DNA from: Octopus bimaculoides
Lineage: Eukaryota
Length of the DNA: 64,000 bases
Assembly (NCBI RefSeq): GCF_001194135.2
Contig: NC_068990.1
Coordinates: 33,464,660 to 33,528,659 of the forward strand
Direction of reading: 5' to 3'
Shown here: positions 1-9,734 of the stretch, in pieces
Numbering within the stretch: the first letter of the stretch is position 1
Layout of the letters: each line of letters opens with the position of its first letter
Position numbers and translations under genes: made by a program
Notes under the pieces: model-generated
Database searches by the model: none
What the model was told of the DNA's origin: nothing
The model's input: the letters and a program-made list of their open reading frames with translations, nothing else

Positions 1-78
1 CACATCATCAAAATCTAAAAGCTATGAGATAATGTATGACTAATTCAAAACCATTTGGATAAAAAAAGAATTATATTA

Positions 79-563
79 TAAGAGCACCATCTGAGCATGA
101 TCATTGCCAGAGCAGCAGCTGTCTGGCTTCCATGCCAGTAGCACGTAAATAGCACCATTTGTGCGTGATTGTTACCAGCGTCGCCTTCCTGGCACTTGTG
201 CCAGTGGCACGTAAAAAGACATTCGAGCGAGATCGTTGCTAGTGCCGCTGGACTGGCTCCTGTGCAGGTGGCACGTAAAAGACACCATTTTGAGCGTGGC
301 AGTTGCCAGTACCGCCTGACTGGCCTTNNNNNNNNNNTGGCAGTTGCCAGTACCGCCTGACTGGCCTTCGTGCTGGTGGCACGTAAAAGCACCCACTACA
401 CTCTTGGAGTGGTTGGCGTTAGGAAGGGCATCCGGCTGTAGAAACTCTGCCAAATCAGATTGGAGCCCGGTGTAGCCATCTGGTTCACCAGTCCTCAGTC
501 AAATCGTCCAACCCATGCTAGCATCGAAAGCGGACGTTAAACGATGATGATGATGATGATGAT
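79..563 (+). mobile_element. Family C retroposon: ~65-bp internal tandem units, RTE-LINE-like 3' tail, (GAT)n
   Basis: Near-identical to 7391-7843 along its length and starts at the same base (TAAGAGCACCATCTGAGC); repeated TGGCACGTAAAA motif; ends CCAACCCATGCTAGCATCGAAAGCGGACGTTAAAC(GAT)n. Confidence 0.85.
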
Positions 564-1028
564 TTGAAAGAATTACATTTGCTAAAGAGTTAAAGGATTG
601 ACTTCCTATTCAGGGAGTACGTTGCCCTGCTCACCTGATCAGTGGGAAGGCATCATTCAAAAGCTTCAAGTAATGCAAGAAAGCGCACTATAACCAGTGA
701 TGTATAACCACATCTGATAGTCTGGCCACTACAGTGATGCAGTGATATACACTCAACATAATTCTCTGGCAGAATCGGTGTGAAAGTGCGTATGACAAGG
801 CTGGACCTTTTTTTGAGTTAAAGGCACAATCCATTGAACAGGCTTCCATACAGTTTCCATCTACCAATTGGGTTGTAGTAAATGACACTTGCCCAAAATA
901 CCAGGCAGTGGGATCCCGCCCAAGACACTGTAATTGTGAACTGAGCTTAACAATTAGGCCAGGCCTGCAACCGCTTAAGGAACATAACTGAAAAGATTCT
1001 GTCTCATGCTCTACCTCTTCTATCCTCT

Positions 1029-1072
<44 letters not shown>

Positions 1073-1073
1073 T

Positions 1074-1286
1074 TTTTCTACTATCGGCACAAGGCCTCAA
1101 AATGCAGGGAGGGGGATTAGTTGATAACATCAACCCCAGTACTCAACTACTACTTGTATTATTGATCCCGAAAGGATGAAAGGCAAAGTCGACCTCAGTG
1201 GAATTTGAACTCAGAGCATAAAGACGGACGAAATACTGCTAAGCATTTCGCCCAGCATGCTAATGATTCTGCCAGCTTGCCACCTT
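1074..1286 (-). mobile_element. SINE family A (tRNA-like head, (ATT)n tail)
   Basis: Minus strand reads AAGGTGGCAAGCTGGCAGAATCATTAGCA (A-box-like) ... GAGTTCAAATTCC (B-box) ... GTCGACTTTGCCTTTCATCCTTTCGGG; more than 20 copies in the window. Confidence 0.85.
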
Positions 1287-1568
1287 AATAATAATGATAA
1301 AAATAATAATGATAATGATAATGATGATAACAACAACAACAATAATAATAAGAAGAATACTGATAATAATGGTTTCAAATTTTGCCTGTTCCTTTATATA
1401 ATTATATAATTTATATATATAATTATTTTGTTAATATAATTTAACCACAGGGTTTTATAGCATGTTGGCCACTTGATATTATCATTTACATGATTTTATC
1501 CTTGTTTATATGTATATATATATATATATATGTGTGTGTGTATGTGTGTATATATATATATATATTTA

Positions 1569-1761
1569 CTTTATTTAAAAGCTGCAGAAATATAACAAAA
1601 GACTGATACTCGGAGATTCATGTTCCCGTTCATCGGACAATTTTGTTAGAAATGGGAAAGGAATAACTCCTTCCCCATTTCTAACAAAACTGTCCAATGA
1701 ACGGGAAAGTGAAACTCCGAGTAACAGTCTTTTGTTATATTTCTGCTGCTTTTAAATAAAG
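1569..1761. repeat. 193-bp palindrome (94-bp arms, 5-nt loop) within a (TA)n-flanked element
   Basis: 1569-1662 is the reverse complement of 1668-1761 with 8 mismatches; loop ATAAC. Confidence 0.92.
1690..1727 (+). ncRNA. Degenerate type I hammerhead-ribozyme-like motif (right arm of palindrome)
   Basis: CTGT-CCAATGA-AC(GGGAAA)GT-GAAA-CT(CCG)AG-TA-ACAG: helix I CTGT/ACAG, helix II AC/GT, helix III ACT/AGT, cleavage triplet GUA. The left-arm copy on the minus strand keeps CCGATGA but has GAAT and a broken helix II. Confidence 0.5.
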
Positions 1762-2235
1762 CATATTACTCTACCTCTGGTATTTGAGTACTCTTTTTCC
1801 ACCTTGTTGCACATTTTATGTGCTTATTCCGGTATATATATANNNNNNNNNNTATATATATATATATATATATAAAATTGCATACACATGCACACAAACA
1901 CACATATATATGTAAGCATATGTTGAATATTGGTTAGAATTGTTTCAGTACCACTCCTCTTCAAACCACATTACACATTATTACGTGCATTGCATTACAC
2001 ATGTCCTGTACACCCATGCATGGCTGATGGATACCCGGATTTCCTGCACCAGTGGACTACATTAAATACCAGCTGGAATATGCAAATAGCCAAGAATTGT
2101 GTGCATAAGGAATATACTAAGACTTTACCAAATCTAATCTTAAATTATACATATCATCATCATCATCTTCATCGTCATTTAACGTCTGTTTTTCCATGCT
2201 GGCATGGGTTGGACAAACATAAACATATATATATT

Positions 2236-2985
2236 CTTTTATTCTTTTGTTTGCTTCAGTCATTTGACTGCAGCCATGCTGGGGCACCACCTTGAAGAGT
2301 TTTAGTTGAAGAAACTTATTCTTTGTAAGCCTAGTACTTATTCTATCAGTCACTTTTGCTGAACTACTTATGTTACGGGTGCATAAACACACCAGCACCG
2401 GTTGTCAAGTAATGGCAGGGAGGACAAGTACACACACACACACACACACACATAAATATATGCATGCATCATCATCATCATCGTTTAACGTCTGTTTCCA
2501 TCCTGGCATGAGTTGGATGGTATGCATATATATATACATATAAATTTGAATAATAAGGGGGAAAAATTGAATATTAATTTGATTAGTATTAATTTAAAAC
2601 CAGTGGCCTAGCATATTGAATAAATCTGAAGATTCAGAAAAATTATATTATATACATATAAGCGGGATGACCACTAAGTGGACATCCATTATGCTAGAAG
2701 TAGATCACCTATGATTTGACCACTAAGAAAATCTTTTCTTAGTAGTCAGATCATAGGTCTACTTCTAGCATAATGGATGTCCACTTAGTAGTCAGCCCTC
2801 TTATATGTATAAATATATATATATATATGACGGGCTTCTTTCAGTTTCCTTTTACCAAATTCACTCACAAGATTTTGGTCGACTAAAGGCTATAGTAGAA
2901 GATACTTGCCCAAGGTGCCATGCAGTGGGTCTGAACCTGGAACCATGTGCTTGAGAAGCAAACTTCTTACCACACAACCATGCAT
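2236..2985 (-). mobile_element. Bipartite SINE family B, interrupted in its central microsatellite
   Basis: 3' half 2236-2430 and 5' half 2828-2985 match the intact copy at 3835-4275; inserted material includes the 2651-2811 palindrome. Confidence 0.8.
2651..2811. repeat. 161-bp palindrome (81/78-bp arms, 2-nt loop)
   Basis: 2651-2731 pairs with 2734-2811; 5 substitutions and a 3-bp indel; each arm holds TGAC(C/T)ACTAAG twice. Confidence 0.92.
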
Positions 2986-3194
2986 ATGTACGCATGTATG
3001 CGTGTGTGTATGTATGTATGAAATAGGTGCGGGTATGGCTGCTTGGTTAAGAAGCTCACTTTGCAGCCATATTGTTTGGGTTCAGTCCCATTGCGTGGTA
3101 CCTGGGACCCCTGTCCAACCAATGCCATGTGAGTGAATTTTGTAGACAGAAACTGTGTGGAAGTCTCTCTCTCTCTCTCTATATATATTTTTTT

Positions 3195-3352
3195 TTCTCC
3201 GTGTTTTTCTCCTTGTCTCCGTATTCTTTCTGTTGAAGAGCGTAGCTCGAAACGTCAAAGACTTTCCGTATTCCCGAGCGTCATACTAATATATACTTTT
3301 GTTATTTACACCACCTGTCCTCGTCTGTTGTTATTATTTGTATATTCTCCCA
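3195..3352 (+). mobile_element. Short (TA)n-flanked element with hammerhead-like motif (putative Penelope-like terminal repeat or retrozyme)
   Basis: Second copy at 6770-7019; both are flanked by TA-rich microsatellite; no TIRs and no tRNA head. Confidence 0.65.
3225..3261 (+). ncRNA. Minimal type I hammerhead-ribozyme-like motif
   Basis: TCTTT-CTGTTGA-A-GAGC(GTA)GCTC-GAAA-C-GTC-AAAGA: 5-bp helix I, 4-bp helix II, palindromic ACGT helix III, GUC triplet. Deviates from canonical CUGANGA by A6U and one extra A. Confidence 0.55.
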
Positions 3353-3834
3353 TATATATATATATAACAGTGGAATATATAGATAAAGACAGATGTGGCC
3401 AGTCTATGGGGTTACCCTGGGTTTCAAGTCTATAAAGTATTCAACTTTACGGCACTTCTTTAGACCCTAGGCCTGTGGCTTCTCTAGCAAGAGGCCCCTC
3501 TAGAAAATCTTAAGAGTGTGCTTCTTTTTCAGATTTATGATTTACTGACGATCGATATGTATGTATGTATGTATGTATGTACGCATGTGTGTGTATGTGT
3601 GTTTGTATGTATGTATGTGCATATGTGTGCATGTGTGTGTATGTCAGCCCCCACCACTTGATAACGGGTTAGTTGGTGTACATCTCTGTGACTAAGCAGT
3701 TCAGCAAAAGCAATTGATAGAAAAAGAACCAGACTTTAAAAACTAAGTAGTGGGGGTTTATTTGTTTGACTCAACCCTTGAAAGTGGTACCCAGCAAAGT
3801 TGCAGTCCAATGAACGAAACAGATTAAATATGAT

Positions 3835-4005
3835 AGGTGCAAAAGTGGCTGTTTGGTAAGTAGCTTACTTACCAACCACATGGTTCTGGGTTCAGTCCCA
3901 CTGAGTGGCACCTTGGGCAAGTGTCTTCTACTATAGCCTTGAGCTGACCAAAGCCTTGTGTATGGATTTGGTAGAGAGAAACTGAAAGAAGCCCATCGTT
4001 CATAA

Positions 4006-4055
<50 letters not shown>

Positions 4056-4275
4056 GTGTGCGTGTGTTTGTGTGTGTGCATGTGTTTGTCTCCCCCCACC
4101 TTCGCTTGACAACTGATGCTGGTGTGTTTACGTCCCTGTAACATAGCGGTCTGGCAAAAGAGACCGATAGAATAAGTACTAGGCTTACAAAGAATGAGGC
4201 CTGGGGTCGATTTGGGTGACTAAAGGCAGTGCTCCAGCATGGCTGCAGTCAAATGACTGAAACAAATAAAAGAAT
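3835..4275 (+). mobile_element. SINE family B, complete
   Basis: tRNA-like head TGGCTGTTTGGTAAGTAGC...GGGTTCAGTCCC, GCACCTTGGGCAAGTGTCTTC segment, (TG)n spacer, 3' half ending GACTGAAACAAATAAAAGAA. Confidence 0.85.
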
Positions 4276-4289
4276 AAGAAAGATAAGAG

Positions 4290-4510
4290 ATCTACATCAT
4301 CAGTTTAATGTCCTCTTTTCCATGTTTGCATGGGGTCAAACAGAGTTTATTGAGGCAGATCTTCTACAGCTGGCTGCCCTTCCTGTCACCAATCCTCACC
4401 TGTTTCTAACTAAAGCAATATTTCCCCATGGCCAGATATGATGCTGCAGAAGATTGGAAATGAACCACACTGCTTGTATAACAGTGGCACTCATTTACAA
4501 CTATCCATGT
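4290..4510 (-). mobile_element. Diverged RTE-tailed retroposon fragment (family C-like)
   Basis: CATCATCAGTTTAATGTCCTCTTTTCCATG is the reverse of the family C tail; GCTGGCTGCCCTTCCTGTCACCAAT follows. Confidence 0.55.
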
Positions 4511-4639
4511 GATGTCATGACAATGGGACTTAAAGCACTCCTGCACACACATACATGCATACACACATACACAGACACAGAGACATACACACACATGTAC
4601 ATGCGCATGCACGTGCACACACACATACACAATCAGATA

Positions 4640-4800
4640 TGACAGCCTTCTTTCAGTTTCCATCTACCAAATTCTCTCACAAGACTTTGGCCTGCCTGGG
4701 GTTGCAGTAGAAGATGCTCGTCCAAGGTGCCACACATTGGGACTGAACCCAGAACCATCTGGTTTGGGAAAAAAAACTTATTACCACACAGCCATGCCTG
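4640..4800 (-). mobile_element. SINE family B 5' half
   Basis: CCTTCTTTCAGTTTCCATCTACCAAAT...CCAAGGTGCCACAC...TTACCACACAGCCA. Confidence 0.75.
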
Positions 4801-4994
4801 TGTCTATCTATCTAAGTGTGTGTGTGTGTGTGTGTGTGTGTGCATGCATTTATACAATTGTTTGGTACAGTATCTTATTGAGTTGGCCATTTCACTCCCT
4901 CCCCCCCATCTACGTAGTTGTAGGTTACCTTGCAGTCAGAGCAACTAACTACAAGAGGCCTTTTGCTTGTAGCTTTCAAACATTACTTTCAGCA

Positions 4995-5135
4995 CACACA
5001 CACACACACAAATACATACACATGAATATATGCACACAAAAACTGCTCAAATACAGGCACACTCTCTCTCACACACACACACACACAAATACATACACAT
5101 GAATATATGCACACAAAAACTACTCAAATACAGGC

Positions 5136-5140
<5 letters not shown>
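4995..5140. repeat. Tandem duplication of a ~66-80-bp CA-rich unit
   Basis: CACACAAATACATACACATGAATATATGCACACAAAAACT(G/A)CTCAAATACAGGCACAC occurs twice. Confidence 0.8.
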
Positions 5141-5175
<35 letters not shown>

Positions 5176-5405
5176 CAAAAAACCATACTCAAATGGATGC
5201 ACACGTACATTTTCACATTTAAATACACTTGCGCACTCAAACAGATATACACTCTACCGAACCAACAACCACACAAACACACAAAGCATAAGAAAATAAT
5301 TCTACAAATTTTAAATTAAACTTAGCTTTTTATTTATTCCTTTCTTTTTTTTTGCTTTATTTTTCTTGCTATTTTTTTTTTTTATTTGTAAATTTATTTC
5401 TTTAC

Positions 5406-5577
5406 TTGCAGTGAATATAATATGTCCAACTTCTGCAGCAACAAGACCAGCAACAGCAGCAATTTCTCTCTCCCTCCCTCTCTCTCTATCTGATATTGCT
5501 GCTGCATCAGTAAATGCACCAACTACAGCAGGCATAGCTATCCTGTTATTGCTGCTAACATTACTTCTGTCAGCAAT
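5406..5577 (-). CDS. Candidate exon, unknown product (IADRSNVSSNNRIAMPAVVGAFTDAAAISDRERGREREIAAVAGLVAAEVGHIIFTA)
   Basis: 172-nt open frame bounded by TTCAG and GTAAAG; partly low-complexity, so it may be chance. Confidence 0.2.
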
Positions 5578-5593
5578 CTGAATTTATCAATGT

Positions 5594-6037
5594 TCAATAA
5601 TAATAATGATGACGACGATGATGATGATGACGATAATGATGGTGATGATGACGATAATCATGGTGATGATGATGATGATGATGATAGTCAATTGTTAAAG
5701 TACAAAATAGGAGAGAGAGAGAGAGAGTGAGAGAGAGGGGGGGATACAGTGTTATTCGACTGGGTGTGTATAGTCCTGACTTTCTGGCCACTCCTCAATT
5801 CTTATACTACCATCACCGCCACCACCACCACCACTGCCACTGTCAACTACTACCATCACTTTTCCTACTACTACCACCCCTCTCGCTAATCATCACTGCC
5901 ACTGTGACCACTACCACTACTACTACTACTACCACCACCATCACCACCACTGCCACCACCACCGCCACCATCGTCATCACCAGCAATATTGCCCTCTTTC
6001 CACTACAACTAATATTATGTGGATAGCACTACCATTT

Positions 6038-6079
<42 letters not shown>

Positions 6080-6080
6080 C
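5594..6080. repeat. Compound microsatellite tract (GAT/GAC, GA, CAC/TAC)
   Basis: Directly visible; source of the poly-His and poly-Thr ORFs. Confidence 0.9.
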
Positions 6081-6213
6081 TGCTACATGCCAGGAAATCA
6101 CCAATACTCTACCGTCACTAACTAAAATGGAGCCTCTGCAAGGTTGCTCAACCCTCTAGAAATAGCAACCATTTCACATCTTAAAAAATGGTTAAACTGA
6201 ATTGTAGGGACCT

Positions 6214-6420
6214 TGATGCATCATGATGTGGTCTCAGATGCACCGTGATGAGGTGCTTGATGCACCTTTTTGTGAATCAAGATGCACCGTAATGTGGTCC
6301 AAAACGCACTTGCACAGTCACGAGTGCACCATATTGTGCATCTAGATTATATAGACACAGATGCACCATGATGTTGTCTCAGATGCAACACATTATGGTC
6401 TGAGGTGCATTATAATGTGA
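6214..6420. repeat. Degenerate ~21-22-bp minisatellite (GATGCACCATGATGTGGTCTCA-like)
   Basis: GATGCACC/GTGCA motif recurs about 9 times at short spacing. Confidence 0.65.
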
Positions 6421-6549
6421 TCCTGCATTCCCACTCAAGAAAAAGATAGTCACCGCTTGAGCACATTTTATCTTGAGTTTGTTGAATCAGGACTGGCCTG
6501 GGGCTATAAGAATCTACAAAATCTGCTGCTGCTATTACTCTAAACCAAA

Positions 6550-7205
6550 TTCTCTTTCATTCTCTTTTACTTGTTTCAGTCATCTGACTGCGGCCATGCT
6601 GGAGCACCACCTTTTTAGTCGAGCAAATCGACCCCAGGACTTATTCTTTGGAAGCCTAGTACTTATTCTATCGGTCTCTTTTGCTGAACCGCTAAGTTAC
6701 AGGGATGTAAACACAGCAGCATCAGTTGGGGGAGGACAAACACAAACATATACACACACATACATGTGATCTGTTGAAGAGCGTAGCTCGAAACGTCAAA
6801 GACTTTCCGTATTCCTGAGCNNNNNNNNNNNNNNNNNNNNNNNNNNNNNNNNNNNNNNNNNNNNNNNNNNNNNNNNNNNNNNNNNNNNNNNNNNNNNNNN
6901 NNNNNNNNNNNNNNNNNNNNNNNNNNNNNNNNNNNNNNNNNNGAGCGTCATACTAATACATCCTTTTGTTATTTACACCACCTGTCCTCGTCTGTTGTTG
7001 TTTTTTCGTATATTCTCCCATATATATATATATATACATATATACAATGGGCTTCTTTCAGTTTCCCTCTACCAAATCCACTCACAGGCTTTGGTCAGCC
7101 CGAGGCTATAGAAGAAGACACTTGCCCAAGGTGCTATGCAGTGGGAATGAACCCGGAACCATGTGGTTGGTAAGCAAGCTACTTACCACACAGCCACTCC
7201 TGTGC
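6550..7205 (-). mobile_element. SINE family B with nested hammerhead-like element (6770-7019) and a gap
   Basis: 3' half 6550-6760 and 5' half 7025-7205 are collinear with 3835-4275. Confidence 0.85.
6770..6802 (+). ncRNA. Second copy of minimal hammerhead-like motif, helix I 5' strand truncated
   Basis: CTGTTGAAGAGCGTAGCTCGAAACGTCAAAGA is identical to 3230-3261; upstream TCTTT is replaced by GTGAT. Confidence 0.4.
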
Positions 7206-7390
7206 CTATATGCAAATTTTTCTTAGAACTGATATATTCTAAATTGCTCTAGAATATTCTTATAGAGACAATTTGGTGGTTTCCTCCCTGTCAAACTGAG
7301 TTAGTGCTTTAGGCAGCATTAATGATAAATGGGATTCCAAGAATTGAACCCAGGATTATGAAATAATTGGCACCTGTACCAGTGTAGTGC

Positions 7391-7808
7391 TAAGAGCACC
7401 ATCTGAGCGTGATCATTGCCAGAGCAGCTGTCTGGCTTCCATGCCAGTGGCACGTAAATAGCACTATTTGAGTGTGATCGTTATCAGCGTCGCCTTACTG
7501 GCACTTGTGCCGGTGGCACATGAAAAAACATTCAAGCGAGATCGTTGCCAGTGCTGCTGGACTGGCTCCTGTGCAGGTGGCACATAAAATACACCATTTG
7601 AGCATGGCCGTTGCCAGTACCGCCTGACTGGCCTTCGTGCTGGTGGCACGTAAAAGCACCCATTACACTCTAGGAGTGGTTGGTGTTAGGAAGGGCATCC
7701 AGCTGTAGAAACTCTGCCAAATCAGATTGGAGCCTGGTGTAGCCATCTGGTTCCACCAGTCCTCAGTCAAATCATCCAACCCATGCTAGCATGGAAAGCG
7801 GACGTTAA

Positions 7809-7843
<35 letters not shown>
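7391..7843 (+). mobile_element. Family C retroposon, four ~65-bp units plus RTE-like tail
   Basis: Unit starts at about 7398, 7463, 7527, 7593 and 7658; tail GCATGGAAAGCGGACGTTAAAT(GAT)n. Confidence 0.88.
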
Positions 7844-8159
7844 ATTAAATATGGTAAGAACTTTCTTCTTCACACTGTAGTTTGCAACAACTCAGAAATC
7901 TTCTTAACTGAAATAAAGATTTCTGTCACAAGTAGAGGACCAAAACCATAGTAGATTGGAAAATTTGAGGTGAATGTGAAAAAGATTGGCCCTTTTTACA
8001 GTACTTGACTTTAAAATACGGCTATGTCAACCTTAGTGGGTTTTGAACTTGGAGTTTAGAGGCAAGATTCTGTCAACTGTGCAACATTTATTGTGAAGCT
8101 GCATTTTTACCTACTCCCATGTTATTATTGTATCACTGATCATAGGAATCGATTATAGA

Positions 8160-8589
8160 TAGCACCGGATTAACCATTAACCAAAATAAGCACGTGTTTA
8201 GGGCATCAAAGGAAGGAGGGGACATCACAGAAATGGTAAATGGTTTACAGCACAAAACAAATCACTTTAAGCTTGCTAAAATAATATATATTTGGGATGC
8301 CTTATCTCTATTAAGTATAGATGCAGATGTGTTACCTAAGATTAATTTTGAGGATCTGATCAAAGACTTTGCAATTCAAAAAAGTAGGAGGAAGTTTTTC
8401 AAACATAAATGAAGTGGAAGTATACAAAAATAAACATTATTTTCCCTCTACTTGTTTTGTTTCGTTTTGAAAAATGAATATTTATTTTATGGTTTTGTTA
8501 TTGTTTATATTTTGAATTACATAATCTTTTATGGGGGCATCACAATCTTTTAAGTACTTAGGGCCTCAATGGGTCTTAATCTGGCCCTG
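8160..8589 (+). mobile_element. Non-autonomous hAT DNA transposon (deletion derivative)
   Basis: TIRs TAGCACCGGATTAA / TTAATCTGGCCCTG; 8-bp TSD ATTATAGA (8152-8159) vs ATTACAGA (8590-8597); internal peptide LSLLSIDADVLPKINFEDLIKDFAIQKSRRKFF resembles the hAT C-terminal dimerisation domain. Confidence 0.85.
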
Positions 8590-8654
8590 ATTACAGATCA
8601 TGGGAGATGTCTACTCTGATTGACTAATAATATCCATTCTACTATATGTACAAA

Positions 8655-8822
8655 GCCTGAAATTGTGGGATAGAAGCTTAGTTGATTACATTGACTCCAG
8701 TACATAACTGCTACTTATTGTATTGATCCTAAAAGGGTGAAAGGTAAAGCTGACATCAACAGAATTTGAATTCAGAGTGTAAAGACAGACAAAATGCTGT
8801 AGCATGATAATTCTGCCAGCTG
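8655..8822 (-). mobile_element. SINE family A, diverged
   Basis: AAAGGGTGAAAGGTAAAGCTGACATCAACAGAATTTGAATTCAGAG...ATTCTGCCAGC. Confidence 0.7.
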
Positions 8823-9094
8823 ACTACTGACGAGTTGACTAATGATATCAAATCCAACCACCTGCATGGTTTGAAGTGCACATGACAAATGAAAGTTGTA
8901 AATTACTGTGCACTTGAAACTGGTTTAAGACAGCATCCATTGCTACCCTTCTATTGCACTAGGACTGTCAAAAGATGGGGTGACAAATGAGGTCACCCCA
9001 AAGAGACATCTATATGTCTTTGGATTATAGCGATAAACAATTGTAGAACTTGAGTGCTACTCTCTGAGCTTCTCTTATTAGGACCTAGTGACAG

Positions 9095-9691
9095 GCCAAT
9101 ATCATGGTGTTTGGAGTAATCACTAGTGAAGGCGATGTTATGCCTCCATTCATCTTCCCACATGGCCTCAGACTCAACACAGAAGCCTACATCAAGTGCC
9201 TGGAGGAGGCAGTGCTGCTCTGGGTCAAGAGGGTGGTTGCTGGAAGACCCTATACCTAGCAACAGGACTCTGCACCATGCCACACAAGCAGAAAAACCCA
9301 GTCATAGCTGTCAGACAATTTCTGCAACCACATCGCCCCTAACATCTGGCAACCTAACTCCCCAGACTGCAACCCCCTTGATTATTATGTGTGGGGTGCA
9401 ATTGAGTGAGAGACCAACAAAACTCCTTGTAACACCAAAAATGAACTGAAGGCAAAGGTTATAGCAGCATTCAGCAACGTAAACAAGGAGACCATCCAGA
9501 AGAGGTGCAAGAGATTTCAAAGTCGTCTGGAGGCCATGGTTGAAGCCAATAGCGATTTTATTGAACGAATTTTCTCTTTAATATTTCAAGATATTTTTAT
9601 GTAATTTTGGTAAATATATCTGTTAAAATGAGATGTCAGTGTTATTTTCATTTTTGCATAATTTGGATGACAGTTTATTCACCGCACCCTG
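9095..9691 (+). mobile_element. 5'-truncated Tc1/mariner DD37D (maT) transposon; transposase pseudogene
   Basis: Translates IMVFGVITSEGDVMPPF...QQDSAPCH...NSPDCNPLDYYVWG with 37 residues between the two Asp; 3 in-frame stops; right TIR ends ...CACCCTG followed by TA. Confidence 0.92.
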
Positions 9692-9696
9692 TATAT

Positions 9697-9734
<38 letters not shown>

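Larger units (their letters stand above)
3025..3812 (+). mobile_element. Diverged SINE family B variant, interrupted by the hammerhead-like element
   Basis: Head GGTGCGGGTATGGCTGCTTGGTTAAGAAGCT...GGGTTCAGTCCC at 3025-3160; diverged 3' half at about 3640-3812. Confidence 0.6.

Noticed and set aside
328-370. 31-bp direct repeat flanking the 10-N gap
   Set aside because: The second copy of the element (7600-7640) has it once; an unmerged contig overlap is the likely cause
2661-2700. Hammerhead reading of TGACCACTAAGTGGACA in the second palindrome
   Set aside because: Lacks CUGANGA and GAAA boxes; only a simple hairpin
3835-3905. tRNA genes at SINE heads (families A, B, D)
   Set aside because: Only A/B-box-like motifs; no full cloverleaf; always followed by SINE body
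7398-7670. CRISPR-like periodic motif (TGGCACGTAAAA every ~65 bp; also 136-390)
   Set aside because: The intervening sequences are homologous to each other, the whole block recurs as a dispersed RTE-tailed element, there are no cas genes, and the context is eukaryotic
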